A DNA stretch of 64,000 nucleotides, taken from a virus. The position numbers and the translations under genes are program-made. Below, in pieces: positions 19,652-28,849 of this stretch (the first letter of the stretch is position 1; each line of letters opens with the position of its first letter). Location of the stretch: positions 32,001 to 96,000 of the IMG/VR virus record IMGVR_UViG_3300030380_005901; one strand, 5' to 3'. The notes beneath the pieces are model-generated. The model worked only from the letters and a program-made list of their open reading frames with translations. It did no database searches and was not told the origin of the DNA.

Positions 19652-19946
19652 TTATTTTTTTTAAAATTTTATGTACTTTATTACATAATTCATACTCTTC
19701 CTCTTCTAAAAAATGAACTAAAGATTTATTTAAACTATCTTCCCAATTATCTTTTGTAACACACAATACAAATGTAATACCTCTAAAATTATTAATTACT
19801 TTTACTACCTCTATTGAGTTCACATCATTATCATATGCAAATTCTACAGTATCCATAATTTTAATGTGTAATTGTGTTTTATAGTTTCTAAGGTAGTCTT
19901 GTTCTTCAGACTCACTATTAATATGTATAGTTGGTAATCTAGACAT
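19641..19946 (-). CDS. Small protein with C-terminal UVR-like motif
   Basis: HFLEEEEYELCNKVHKIL. Confidence 0.55.
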   Translation of the reverse strand: MSRLPTIHINSESEEQDYLRNYKTQLHIKIMDTVEFAYDNDVNSIEVVKVINNFRGITFVLCVTKDNWEDSLNKSLVHFLEEEEYELCNKVHKILKKISDE

Positions 19947-20164
19947 TAATTATAAAAACTTGATATAATTTCAATCTTTTTCATTATTTCTAAACGAACA
20001 TTAGGATTTGTTTCAGTTAATAACTGTTCTCTTAAAAATTTTAAGTCGTTCATTACCCTTTCATCATTGTGAATAGAATTCATTTTTTTCTTCTTTTTTC
20101 TTAATAGTAAATAAATTACTAAACCAAATATAAGGGTGGGGATAATAAAAATAAAATATATCAT
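19946..20164 (-). CDS. Small membrane-anchored protein
   Basis: N-terminal TM followed by poly-Lys. Confidence 0.6.
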   Translation of the reverse strand: MIYFIFIIPTLIFGLVIYLLLRKKKKKMNSIHNDERVMNDLKFLREQLLTETNPNVRLEIMKKIEIISSFYN

Positions 20165-20191
20165 GTCTTTTTTTTCATAAATATGAAAAAA

Positions 20192-20515
20192 CTATGAAGA
20201 CATCACAAAATCTATATATTGTTCATACTTTTTTTGTACGATATATTCTGCAATTTGATGACAATCCTTTTGAGGTAAGTACATATGTGACTCTAATAAC
20301 TTAGCGATATTTAATGAAACGTAATGTCTCTCTACTGATTGGGTTACACAAAAGGAAACATAAGGATAAGTAACAGGATCTAATGTACTTTTTTCGAATC
20401 TTTTTACCTTAATTACTGATGGTATACCTAAAGGATTAGTTGTGTATGAAATATATTTATCAAAAAAACTTTTACCTTTTTCTACGAAATGTTTAATATG
20501 TTTCTCTGTTAACAT
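20192..20515 (-). CDS. Hypothetical protein
   Basis: ORF; start chosen at MLTEK. Confidence 0.55.
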   Translation of the reverse strand: MLTEKHIKHFVEKGKSFFDKYISYTTNPLGIPSVIKVKRFEKSTLDPVTYPYVSFCVTQSVERHYVSLNIAKLLESHMYLPQKDCHQIAEYIVQKKYEQYIDFVMSS

Positions 20516-20535
20516 ATTATAAAAGTACAAAAAAA

Positions 20536-20955
20536 TTATTTATTATCCAAATATATTTCGTTTAATATGTCAACTACTTGATCATCTTTTAAAAAAAAGT
20601 TATCTTTTACAACAGATAAATGTACTGTTTCGTCATCAAAACACTTTTCATAGTCTTGAAATTTAAGTAGTAAATCATTGAGTGAATCTAAATAATCATA
20701 AAAAAAAGTTTTATCCTTAGTATTTGTTATTACTTCAATTGCACCTTCATAATCATCTTTGAATATTCTTTCGTTTAAAAGGTTAATATTAGACTTAATT
20801 ATATTTCTTTTACAGTTCAGTAAAGAATTATTTATAACCTCTCTTATTGTTTTTAATTTCTCACTATCACTTAATAATTCATTATAAGTATTTTCATTGA
20901 TTAAATCTCTTTTTTCTAAAAAAGATATGATAGCTTCTTTTACTTTATCATTCAT
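20536..20955 (-). CDS. Hypothetical protein
   Basis: ORF. Confidence 0.6.
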   Translation of the reverse strand: MNDKVKEAIISFLEKRDLINENTYNELLSDSEKLKTIREVINNSLLNCKRNIIKSNINLLNERIFKDDYEGAIEVITNTKDKTFFYDYLDSLNDLLLKFQDYEKCFDDETVHLSVVKDNFFLKDDQVVDILNEIYLDNK

Positions 20956-21007
20956 TTAATAAAGATACTTTATTTTTTTAATATAGTCAAATATTGACAT
21001 ATTAGAT

Positions 21008-21085
21008 TTTTTGTACTATTTTTGTATATCTTTTAAATAAATAATATATACTTATATTATAGAAAACAAAAAAATAGTACAAAAA
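21008..21085. repeat. 16-bp perfect inverted repeat in a divergent intergenic region
   Basis: tttttgtactattttt (21008-21023) and aaaaatagtacaaaaa (21070-21085). Confidence 0.7.
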
Positions 21086-21114
21086 GAAAAGACTATTTAT
21101 TAATTTCATATAAA

Positions 21115-21336
21115 ATGGATCGTAAGTTAAAGTTAGTTGGCAAAAAAGTATTGCTAAAAAACGTATATAATATTGACACAGATAAGGGAATTACAACTGA
21201 AGGTTATACTGACATAGAAGGTGTATTAGAAAAATTAGGTAGTAATGACTTTTTTGGGTGGGATATTTGTGCGACAGTAAATGGACGAATGTATAAATTG
21301 GATAATTTATCTCAAATATTGCCTATTTATAATTAA
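21115..21336 (+). CDS. Hypothetical protein
   Basis: ORF with TATTTAT upstream. Confidence 0.6.
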   Translation: MDRKLKLVGKKVLLKNVYNIDTDKGITTEGYTDIEGVLEKLGSNDFFGWDICATVNGRMYKLDNLSQILPIYN

Positions 21337-21337
21337 G

Positions 21338-22078
21338 ATGAGAACAATACTATTTAAAAAAAATGGATCTTTACACTTAATAGATAAGGTTAGTAAGGAA
21401 GTAGAAAAAGTGGATACAATTATAAACTATTTAGATTGTCCTGTACAATTAGAAGATGGTATAACTTTTAAAACATTCTTTAATCACGTAATTAAAGAAA
21501 AAGAATCATTAAATATAATTTTTAAAGAAACGATGAAGGGTTCGTCTTTAGATTTATTTTTACATGAATGGGATAAAAAAGGTAAAACTGTCAACCCCAC
21601 AAAAGGAATACAACACTTAAAAGCTTATAAAATATTTGATTATATCCAACTAAATGAAGAAAAAGATTTTATCGATATTAGAGTAGATTTTGACGGTATT
21701 GGGAATGAAGATCAATTATATAATTTAGAATTTATTCCCCTAAATGAGTTAAAAAATATACCTATAGTTATTGCGAATAATATGTCTATATATAGAACTG
21801 TTTCTAATTTAAGGGGGGAAGAATTATTTTTTAGGGGTAACTCCTTTATATTGTTATTTGAGTTATTAGGTACAATTTTATACATTTTAACTATACATAA
21901 AGATCCTAAAGGAAGAAATTCTGCTAAAGAAAAATTTATACAGATTTTAGGTAACACTAATATTATTGATATGTTAGAGGAACAAAAGGAAGAAGCAGTA
22001 GAAATACAAAACTTTGAAGAGGCCGCCCAATTAAAAAAGATTTTAGATAGATTACAGAATGGATTTACTAATGAGTAA
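21338..22078 (+). CDS. Protein with C-terminal UvrB/UvrC (UVR) motif
   Basis: LEEQKEEAVEIQNFEEAAQLKKIL; ATG 1 nt after the upstream stop. Confidence 0.75.
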   Translation: MRTILFKKNGSLHLIDKVSKEVEKVDTIINYLDCPVQLEDGITFKTFFNHVIKEKESLNIIFKETMKGSSLDLFLHEWDKKGKTVNPTKGIQHLKAYKIFDYIQLNEEKDFIDIRVDFDGIGNEDQLYNLEFIPLNELKNIPIVIANNMSIYRTVSNLRGEELFFRGNSFILLFELLGTILYILTIHKDPKGRNSAKEKFIQILGNTNIIDMLEEQKEEAVEIQNFEEAAQLKKILDRLQNGFTNE

Positions 22079-22373
22079 TATCTGTTATACTATACTCATT
22101 TATTTTTTTAGGTAATATATAATACATCTTCATTAACTGATGAAAATTATATTCCACCTCATCTTTACTATATCCAGTTAATTTCATTAAACCTAAATTA
22201 CTTATAACGTTACCAAATCTATCATAAGATTCTTTTATATATTCACCAAAATATGGGTTTAATGTGTAATCATATTTAATAGTATATAGTTTCACTTTAG
22301 ATGATATCTCATTTTTATTTTTAATATTCTGTTTGTAAAACGTTTTAGGTAACATACTATTAAATATCTCCAT
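22068..22373 (-). CDS. Hypothetical protein
   Basis: ORF. Confidence 0.5.
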   Translation of the reverse strand: MEIFNSMLPKTFYKQNIKNKNEISSKVKLYTIKYDYTLNPYFGEYIKESYDRFGNVISNLGLMKLTGYSKDEVEYNFHQLMKMYYILPKKINEYSITDITH

Positions 22374-22872
22374 CTTCTATAATAACATCTTGAATTAATT
22401 TTTTTTCTATTTTAGTGTTAAGTAATCTTATAACATATATTAAATGAAAAATACATATAATTAAAACTTGTACCAACTCAAAAATCATTAAACTAAAAAA
22501 TATTAGTGGGTAAAGAGATAAGGAAAGTTTACCAAAACCACTTACTCTTTTATCGTTCCACATTGCAAATGTTGCAAATATAAAAAAGAATATTGCACAA
22601 CTATAATGTAAGAATGGAAACCGGTACATATCAAAAATAGATAAACATATTAATGCCATTGCAGATATTTTCCATTCGTTATTACTATGTACATATAAAC
22701 CAACAGACAACGTAGAAAAAATCATAGTAAAACCAATAGGTATGTATTGATAGTATTGACTATAACTACCTTCCCACCCGTAGATTATAGGCAATAAGAT
22801 TATGGACAGTATACCCAATATTACCAGTGTCAAACGAGTGCACAAATTCAGTTTACTTGGCACATTTTTCAT
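22360..22872 (-). CDS. Multi-pass membrane protein (DUF998-like)
   Basis: SYSQY, LHY..AIFFF; about five TM segments. Confidence 0.6.
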   Translation of the reverse strand: MKNVPSKLNLCTRLTLVILGILSIILLPIIYGWEGSYSQYYQYIPIGFTMIFSTLSVGLYVHSNNEWKISAMALICLSIFDMYRFPFLHYSCAIFFFIFATFAMWNDKRVSGFGKLSLSLYPLIFFSLMIFELVQVLIICIFHLIYVIRLLNTKIEKKLIQDVIIEDGDI

Positions 22873-22924
22873 TAAATTAAAAGGTTTCTATTAAATAAAT
22901 ATGTAGAAAAAAATAATAAATAAA

Positions 22925-23159
22925 AAGAGTACTGGTCAACCACTCGCATCCCACCGATTTGTTGTTGTTCATAACGTTAGTCCAAACGATTAAAAAGGGT
23001 TTTGGCCTCCTGACTGTCTAGAATTTTCAGGTTTTATTATGTACCATTCCGCTACTTCCTCTGTTACACTTTTATATCTGAATGTAACAAACCTTTTTAA
23101 TCTCCTACCCTTATTATGTCACAACTCACTCGCCATAGCCTTGTCCGTTGTGTACTCTT
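22925..23159 (-). ncRNA. Putative structured ncRNA of unknown class
   Basis: Nested stems AAGAGTAC/GTACTCTT, CAAC/GTTG, GTTGTgaCATAA/TTATGaACAAC, GATTAAAAAGG/CCTTTTTAATC; hairpins TGTTACA/TGTAACA and CCTGA/TCAGG; GC-richer than other intergenic DNA; strand inferred from context. Confidence 0.65.
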
Positions 23160-23892
23160 ATTTCTTTGTTGATGGTAGTAACCATATATCACCACCAAAC
23201 ATAACCTCTAATAGTTTAGGTTCAATCTTATCAATTTTCGCCAGTAACCTTAAAGTAGATACTGTATCGTGTTTCATCATTTTAGAAACCTCACCTTGTA
23301 TCCTTTCTTTTGATACTACGTTCTTTAAGTGTTCAATTAATCCCGGTTCAAACATTGCATCCCAAACTTCAGAATCAATCTCAAAACCTTTAGTAATTGA
23401 AAACCTTAATGCTCTAATCATCCTTAACGGATCGTCAAAGAAAGTTTTAATTGGATTTAGTGGGGTAACTAAAATACCTTCCTCTAAATGTTTTCTACCC
23501 TCAAATAAATCAACGATAGTTCCATCTAAATCTTTTGCCAATGCATTAAGAGTAAAATCCCTTCTCCTTAAGTCATCTTCCAATGTACCTAACTCTAATA
23601 TAGGTTTTCGTGTTCCTAATATGTAACCTACTTCCTTACGAGCCATTACAAAGTCTGCAACCAACCCTTCATTCACATGTCCTTTAGGGAACTTAGCTCT
23701 AACAGTAAAACAATCTTTGGTTTCCAAAAATATTTTGAACCCTTCAGTTTTTAAATGGGTTAACATTTCGTCCCATCCCTCGTCTACTGTTTGATCGGTA
23801 TTATCTAAAACGAATGTGAAATCAATATCGTTGGTGTGTACCCCTATGATTTCATCTCTTACACATCCTCCTACTTCATATATCTGTGGCAT
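23158..23892 (-). CDS. cca: tRNA nucleotidyltransferase (class II CCA-adding enzyme), compact, no HD domain
   Basis: VGGCVRD, DIDF, DLRRRDFTLNA, DDPLRMIRALRF, SKERI. Confidence 0.85.
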   Translation of the reverse strand: MPQIYEVGGCVRDEIIGVHTNDIDFTFVLDNTDQTVDEGWDEMLTHLKTEGFKIFLETKDCFTVRAKFPKGHVNEGLVADFVMARKEVGYILGTRKPILELGTLEDDLRRRDFTLNALAKDLDGTIVDLFEGRKHLEEGILVTPLNPIKTFFDDPLRMIRALRFSITKGFEIDSEVWDAMFEPGLIEHLKNVVSKERIQGEVSKMMKHDTVSTLRLLAKIDKIEPKLLEVMFGGDIWLLPSTKK

Positions 23893-23908
23893 AATTAATT
23901 TGTTTATA

Positions 23909-23939
23909 CAAATATAGAAAAAATAATTTAATAAACAAA
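23909..23939 (-). promoter_or_regulatory. Bacteroidota sigma-A promoter
   Basis: TTTG-N19-TATATTTG. Confidence 0.75.
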
Positions 23940-23963
23940 AAAAAAGGGAGAATTTCTTCCCCC
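23937..23963 (-). terminator. Intrinsic terminator after DUF932 gene
   Basis: GGGGAAG-AAAT-TCTCCC followed by a long T tract. Confidence 0.55.
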
Positions 23964-23990
23964 TAATTTTACAAACAAATCAAACCACTA

Positions 23991-24782
23991 TTACACCATA
24001 GTCTCTGATAAACTCCACAACATTTTGTTAACCTTTAGATTTTCATCTATCGACTTAACTGCTCTGGTTTTATTATATTTAATTTTTCCGTCTTTTTTAA
24101 CGTAGGTATTTAAACCTCCTCTAATCATTCCCTCTTGTATTCTGTTGAATACTGTCCACAAATCATTTCCTTTGTCTGCGGCTCTGTTAATGGTTAGTAA
24201 TTCGTCTAAGTTAACGTGTCTGTCTTTACCCCATCTTTCGATTACCGCTTGTTGTGCGAAATCTCTTCGTTGTTGAGGTGTGAGTTCCACACCCATCATA
24301 CCTTGTACTTTACCAACAACCTGTGGGATATGTGTAGTAATCTGTCCTACAGTATCTAAGATTGAGGATTTTTTAAATCCTTTGTGACGAATAGTATATT
24401 CATCAAAAGTCTGATCTGCAACTACTAATCCGTTACTACAAACCAATCTGAAAAGTCCTACATGAAATTTGAAGGATGATCTACCGTTGTGAGAGTTCGT
24501 TAATACAATCTCTGGGTGAGTATCTCCAATCTCAGATGAAAGGTTATCTAACTCTGTGTTTCTGAAACGTAAAATGTGTTTCTTGAATGGTACAGTATCT
24601 TCGTAACCTGTACGAGTACGAGTTTGCATCGCTGCGGTTGGTTTCCAATTCTTCTCTTCTAAGATATCAATTACCCTAGTAGTAGGAATGTGTTTGTAAA
24701 TGTGTGAAAGATGTCTTGATTGTGTCTGTGTTAATGCCGAAGGACACTGTGCTCCGATTTGTTCTAAATTTAAGTATTCCAT
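23991..24782 (-). CDS. DUF932/DUF945 family protein
   Basis: Y..IPT, KH.LRFR, NSHNGRSS, GLFRLVCSNGL, DLWTVFNRIQE. Confidence 0.85.
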   Translation of the reverse strand: MEYLNLEQIGAQCPSALTQTQSRHLSHIYKHIPTTRVIDILEEKNWKPTAAMQTRTRTGYEDTVPFKKHILRFRNTELDNLSSEIGDTHPEIVLTNSHNGRSSFKFHVGLFRLVCSNGLVVADQTFDEYTIRHKGFKKSSILDTVGQITTHIPQVVGKVQGMMGVELTPQQRRDFAQQAVIERWGKDRHVNLDELLTINRAADKGNDLWTVFNRIQEGMIRGGLNTYVKKDGKIKYNKTRAVKSIDENLKVNKMLWSLSETMV

Positions 24783-24803
24783 AGTTATTTATTTTTGTTA
24801 TTA

Positions 24804-24835
24804 CAAATATACGGCAAATATTTTAAACTGCCAAA
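24804..24835 (-). promoter_or_regulatory. Bacteroidota sigma-A promoter
   Basis: TTTG-N20-TATATTTG. Confidence 0.75.
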
Positions 24836-25308
24836 CATTCTTCCATAAAATGTGGAATATTTCTTTTTTTCCACTTAGAAAAGTGTTTTTTCTCTCTAAT
24901 ATAGTACTCTCTGTATGACTCCACCGCATTACCAATTTTACATTCTTCTGGCATCGCCAATCTAAATGGTGTTAGTTTACCTAATTCTTCCAAAGGAGGA
25001 TGATTAATCATACACCATTCAATTATGTCTTGTGATTTGTGTCTCTTTTCATAACGGTAGGTATATTCTTTACATAACTCAATACCTAAATCACATAACC
25101 ACACATAATTTTCTATACACTCTCTTGCCCATATGGAACAAGGGTGGTTCTTATGAGATAAACCATAAGGTACATCTAAACCTGATTCTACCATATGATG
25201 GACACCACATAAAAGTTGTGCACTTTCTAATATCATTTTAACTACGTGCTTATCGTTGTGATACTCAGCACATTTTTTCGGATCTTCGTCTAATATAAAA
25301 ATATTCAT
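24823..25308 (-). CDS. Pyrimidine-dimer DNA glycosylase (DenV-like) family
   Basis: MNIFILD, DKHVVKMILESAQLL, H.NHPC..W, EY..RY.K.H. Confidence 0.8.
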   Translation of the reverse strand: MNIFILDEDPKKCAEYHNDKHVVKMILESAQLLCGVHHMVESGLDVPYGLSHKNHPCSIWARECIENYVWLCDLGIELCKEYTYRYEKRHKSQDIIEWCMINHPPLEELGKLTPFRLAMPEECKIGNAVESYREYYIREKKHFSKWKKRNIPHFMEECLAV

Positions 25309-25388
25309 ACCATAAAAGTATAATATTTTTTTTAATTATCCAAATTTATTACTTTATTTTTAATATTTATAGTTATAAATTTAATTTT

Positions 25389-27254
25389 ATGGACAAATTT
25401 TCTAAATTAGAAATAAAAATAATAGATTTTATCAATAAAGAGTTTGTTGGTACTTACCCTAGTAAAGCAAAGGTGTTACAGTGGTTAAAAACTACATTAG
25501 GATTTACTAATGAAGAAGCTCAACAATGGTACGCATTATGGTTTTTAAATAAAGATACCAAATCTTATGTTGATATTGGAAATGATAAATTTAGAATACC
25601 TTGGGAAACCATTGAAAATGTTAATAGGGGAGATGCATTATACAAATTTGTAGAAAGACTAAAAGAAAAAGATGGTGATGAAGATGAAGTATTAGAAGTT
25701 TATTACCCTAGTGATGAACACAATAAATTAGTTAAGACTTTATTGGGTGATAATTTTTATTATTGCGATTCTAGCGGATATGTAAAAACCCCTTGTGTTA
25801 ATTTTGAAAGAGATGGATTAGAAATTGCGGGTGATGGTGGCGACTTTGAACAGTTTATATCTGGTGTTGGAGATCAGTCTTGGAGAATTGGTGATGATGG
25901 TGCTAATAATGAAGATTATGATAATGAAGAATTCAACTATGTAATGTATAATGATAAAACATTAGATATTATAAAAAAGATAGGTGATATAGTAGGTGTT
26001 TATGTTGATGATCCTAAATATGGTGGTATGGACAACGATGGTGGACTATACGAATATTTAGATGACTTTCTTACTAATGATGATAAAGAAGATGTAATAA
26101 ATGAATATGTATGGGCATTAAATGGTGAAACTGGTAGGTATAGATCAGAACAAGTAACAAAAGTGTATGAAGATGAAATTACTTACGTCCCTTACACCAG
26201 TCAATTTTCTTATGGTCCACACACCATAAAGATACCATATGAAGATTTATTAGAGAAAATTAAAGAACATGGTATTTTTACATTTAGTGATTTACAAGAT
26301 TTAGAAGAAGAACTAAACCCTTGTGGTAATTGTGATTTAGATGATGCCTATTGGAGTAGTGATTATATTGACGATGCAGGTGCAGAATATGTCAAAGAAG
26401 TATTAAACGCAGAACTAGAACGAAAATTACATAAATTAGAGGAGGATGAAAATTACACAGAAAAAATAATATTAAAAAAAGAGTTTGAGAAATTCCTTAA
26501 AAAAAGTGGGTTTACACATCATAGTTGGACTAAAAAATGGTCTAGTGGTGACGGAAAATTACAATTTTTAGATAAAGATTTGGATTTTGACGAAAAAATG
26601 ATTACTTTTGTTTATAACGGAGAAAAACATAAAACTTCGTTAGAAGATTTCACTCCTTGGGTACAAGGTAGTGTATTAGATTTAAACGAATGTGTAACAG
26701 TAAGTAAATTCAGATTAATTATGGAAACAGTAGGAGACCCTTTAGATATTAACAAGATTGCAATATTTGACTTTGATGGTACTTTGATGGACACACCTCT
26801 ACCAGAAAAAGGTAAAGTAGAATGGGAAGAAAAAACTGGTTCCCCATACCCACACAGAGGATGGTGGAGTAAAAGAGAATCTTTAGATACAGAAGTATTC
26901 GATATCCAACCTATTAAATCTACAATAAGTGATTATGTTATTGAAAGTGATACACCTAACACTTATATGGTTATGTTAACAGGAAGACTACCAAATCAAA
27001 AAGATCAAGTAGAAGATATATTACACAGTAATGATATTGTTTTTGATGAATACCATTATAAAGATGATGGAGATACTTTAAATAGTAAGTTAAATACTAT
27101 TGTAAGTCTTTTAAATAGGTTTCCAAATACTGAATTAATAGAAATGTATGAAGATAGAGAACCTCACGCTATTGCGTTTGAGGAGTGGGGTAAAGAAAAT
27201 GGGGTTAATCTAAAAGTAAACTTAGTTACTAAACCTCAACTAGATTTTAAATAA
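25389..27254 (+). CDS. Fusion: shared N-terminal family domain, acidic region, C-terminal HAD phosphatase (Swiss-army-knife RNA-repair type)
   Basis: IAIFDFDGTLMDTP, WW...ESL, MLTGR, MYEDR. Confidence 0.75.
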   Translation: MDKFSKLEIKIIDFINKEFVGTYPSKAKVLQWLKTTLGFTNEEAQQWYALWFLNKDTKSYVDIGNDKFRIPWETIENVNRGDALYKFVERLKEKDGDEDEVLEVYYPSDEHNKLVKTLLGDNFYYCDSSGYVKTPCVNFERDGLEIAGDGGDFEQFISGVGDQSWRIGDDGANNEDYDNEEFNYVMYNDKTLDIIKKIGDIVGVYVDDPKYGGMDNDGGLYEYLDDFLTNDDKEDVINEYVWALNGETGRYRSEQVTKVYEDEITYVPYTSQFSYGPHTIKIPYEDLLEKIKEHGIFTFSDLQDLEEELNPCGNCDLDDAYWSSDYIDDAGAEYVKEVLNAELERKLHKLEEDENYTEKIILKKEFEKFLKKSGFTHHSWTKKWSSGDGKLQFLDKDLDFDEKMITFVYNGEKHKTSLEDFTPWVQGSVLDLNECVTVSKFRLIMETVGDPLDINKIAIFDFDGTLMDTPLPEKGKVEWEEKTGSPYPHRGWWSKRESLDTEVFDIQPIKSTISDYVIESDTPNTYMVMLTGRLPNQKDQVEDILHSNDIVFDEYHYKDDGDTLNSKLNTIVSLLNRFPNTELIEMYEDREPHAIAFEEWGKENGVNLKVNLVTKPQLDFK

Positions 27255-27577
27255 AGCCCAAATAAAGTTGCCGCAATACCAAAAATAATCTGTACTACCA
27301 CCCATACAGTAGTAGACATAGTTTTAAATGTTTTTAAATCACTAACTTCTTTTTGTAATTCTTTTAATTGTGTAGGTGAAGATACTTCATCTACATTACC
27401 TTTCCAATCTTTTAATGAAGATATTTCGTCTTTAAATTGTTCTAATTTAGATAGTTCTTGTTTAATGTCGTTATTTTCCTCAGTTAGTGAATCTACTTTA
27501 TTATTCAATTTCTCTAATTCTGCTAAGACAAGTCGTGAATATTCATTCCACCCATTTTGATTTCCGTTATTACCCAT
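27236..27577 (-). CDS. Coiled-coil protein with C-terminal TM anchor
   Basis: Heptad repeats, then TVWVVVQIIFGIAATLFGL. Confidence 0.65.
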   Translation of the reverse strand: MGNNGNQNGWNEYSRLVLAELEKLNNKVDSLTEENNDIKQELSKLEQFKDEISSLKDWKGNVDEVSSPTQLKELQKEVSDLKTFKTMSTTVWVVVQIIFGIAATLFGLYLKSS

Positions 27578-27579
27578 TA

Positions 27580-27999
27580 TTAATTATCTTTTACTACTTC
27601 ACAAGTACAAAGTAATACATCCTTACCATCAACTTTTTTTAATGTAATTTTAGATATAAAATCTTGTCCTGACTTATGTGGACATTTTATAACACCTTGC
27701 CAACTCCCTTCATTATTTAACTTACTATTAATTTCATCAATAGGTCTTTCAGGAATTTTAAGGAATAATTCATAATGTCTTTTCCCCACCATATCATTAG
27801 GGTTTTCAAACCCATAAAGTTCAGCAAACAATTCATTTACTAACAGATATTTCCAATCTTCTGCCATAATAGCCATAGGACGAGGAGAAGTTAAAAATAC
27901 GTGTTCTAAAATATCGAAATGTTGAACTTTTTGTATTAAATCGTGATCTCGTAGTGATAAATCCTCAACTAGTTGTCTTAATTTGTCAATATTGCTCAT
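27580..27999 (-). CDS. Stand-alone PAS domain protein
   Basis: VNELFAELYGF..DMVGK, WQG....HKSG. Confidence 0.75.
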   Translation of the reverse strand: MSNIDKLRQLVEDLSLRDHDLIQKVQHFDILEHVFLTSPRPMAIMAEDWKYLLVNELFAELYGFENPNDMVGKRHYELFLKIPERPIDEINSKLNNEGSWQGVIKCPHKSGQDFISKITLKKVDGKDVLLCTCEVVKDN

Positions 28000-28039
28000 T
28001 TGCGTCTTTTATATATAAATATATAAAAAACTTAATAAA

Positions 28040-28240
28040 TTATCTAATACCGGATAAGTACCACTTTTTTACATTGTTACGTGGCTTTTCGTTTTCGTTG
28101 ATGTTATTTACTATAATATTTGCTTCATCTTCATCTTTAACTCTATAAGATAAAGTATTAAAAATCTTACTACTAGTTTTACCATCAATAACTTCTGTTT
28201 TCTTATTGACTCTTTTTAAATGTATTGTTAATCTTTTCAT
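28040..28240 (-). CDS. Hypothetical protein
   Basis: ORF, ATGA overlap. Confidence 0.55.
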   Translation of the reverse strand: MKRLTIHLKRVNKKTEVIDGKTSSKIFNTLSYRVKDEDEANIIVNNINENEKPRNNVKKWYLSGIR

Positions 28241-28569
28241 TTTATTTTTATTTTATTTGGTAATTCTTCTTTACTTAAAAAACTATCTTTAATAAACTCT
28301 ATAACAACTTCTTCACTGTGGTTATAATCTTTCCATTGTATAAAGTTAAAACCTTCGTCTGAATAATGTTCTTCCTCATCCCAATCATTTGTAAGTGGTT
28401 CACCACTTATTTCATCATTATAGTTTTCATCAACCCAATAATAATATTCGTTTGTTTCTAACAACCTATATGTATTTTCTTCATCTTCTTCTAAAACAAA
28501 TTTAACAGTTAGATTTCCATTGTCATCACAATCCATTTCCAAAACTTCGTTAATAAAATATTTTTCCAT
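28237..28569 (-). CDS. Acidic hypothetical protein
   Basis: ORF with TATTTAT upstream. Confidence 0.6.
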   Translation of the reverse strand: MEKYFINEVLEMDCDDNGNLTVKFVLEEDEENTYRLLETNEYYYWVDENYNDEISGEPLTNDWDEEEHYSDEGFNFIQWKDYNHSEEVVIEFIKDSFLSKEELPNKIKIK

Positions 28570-28593
28570 AACTTTTTTTGGAAATAAATATGT

Positions 28594-28800
28594 CTATTTT
28601 TCTAAAACTTCATTTAGTGAAATAAGTTTATCTAAATACTGTTTTGCCTTATAGAGATCTTCTATACCATTTTTATCTTTCCATCTTGTAACATATTTTA
28701 CAATATTACCTTCGAAAAAATCAAGATTATGTGAATGTGAATAGTCCCACATTTCAATTCCTCTATTATAATGTTTAGGGTGTTTTACTCTTTCCGACAT
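28594..28800 (-). CDS. DUF3310 protein
   Basis: V.HPKHY, FFEGNIVKY..R..DKNG.EDL.KA..YL. Confidence 0.9.
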   Translation of the reverse strand: MSERVKHPKHYNRGIEMWDYSHSHNLDFFEGNIVKYVTRWKDKNGIEDLYKAKQYLDKLISLNEVLEK

Positions 28801-28849
28801 ATTATTATTAATTTTGATTAAATATAATAATATATTATTTAAATGTCAA

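Noticed and set aside
23046-23055. 10-nt complementarity (GTAGCGGAAT) between the cca-adjacent RNA and the 3' end of ncRNA 1
   Set aside because: Too short to exceed chance, and that end of ncRNA 1 is already paired in cis.
22925-23159. Loose resemblance of both loop strands to 16S rRNA helix 44; GTCAGGAGGCC and GGAAGTAGC recall cobalamin riboswitch and SRP words
   Set aside because: Helix 44 pairing is not preserved, the riboswitch core motifs are absent and the SRP words are in the wrong order.
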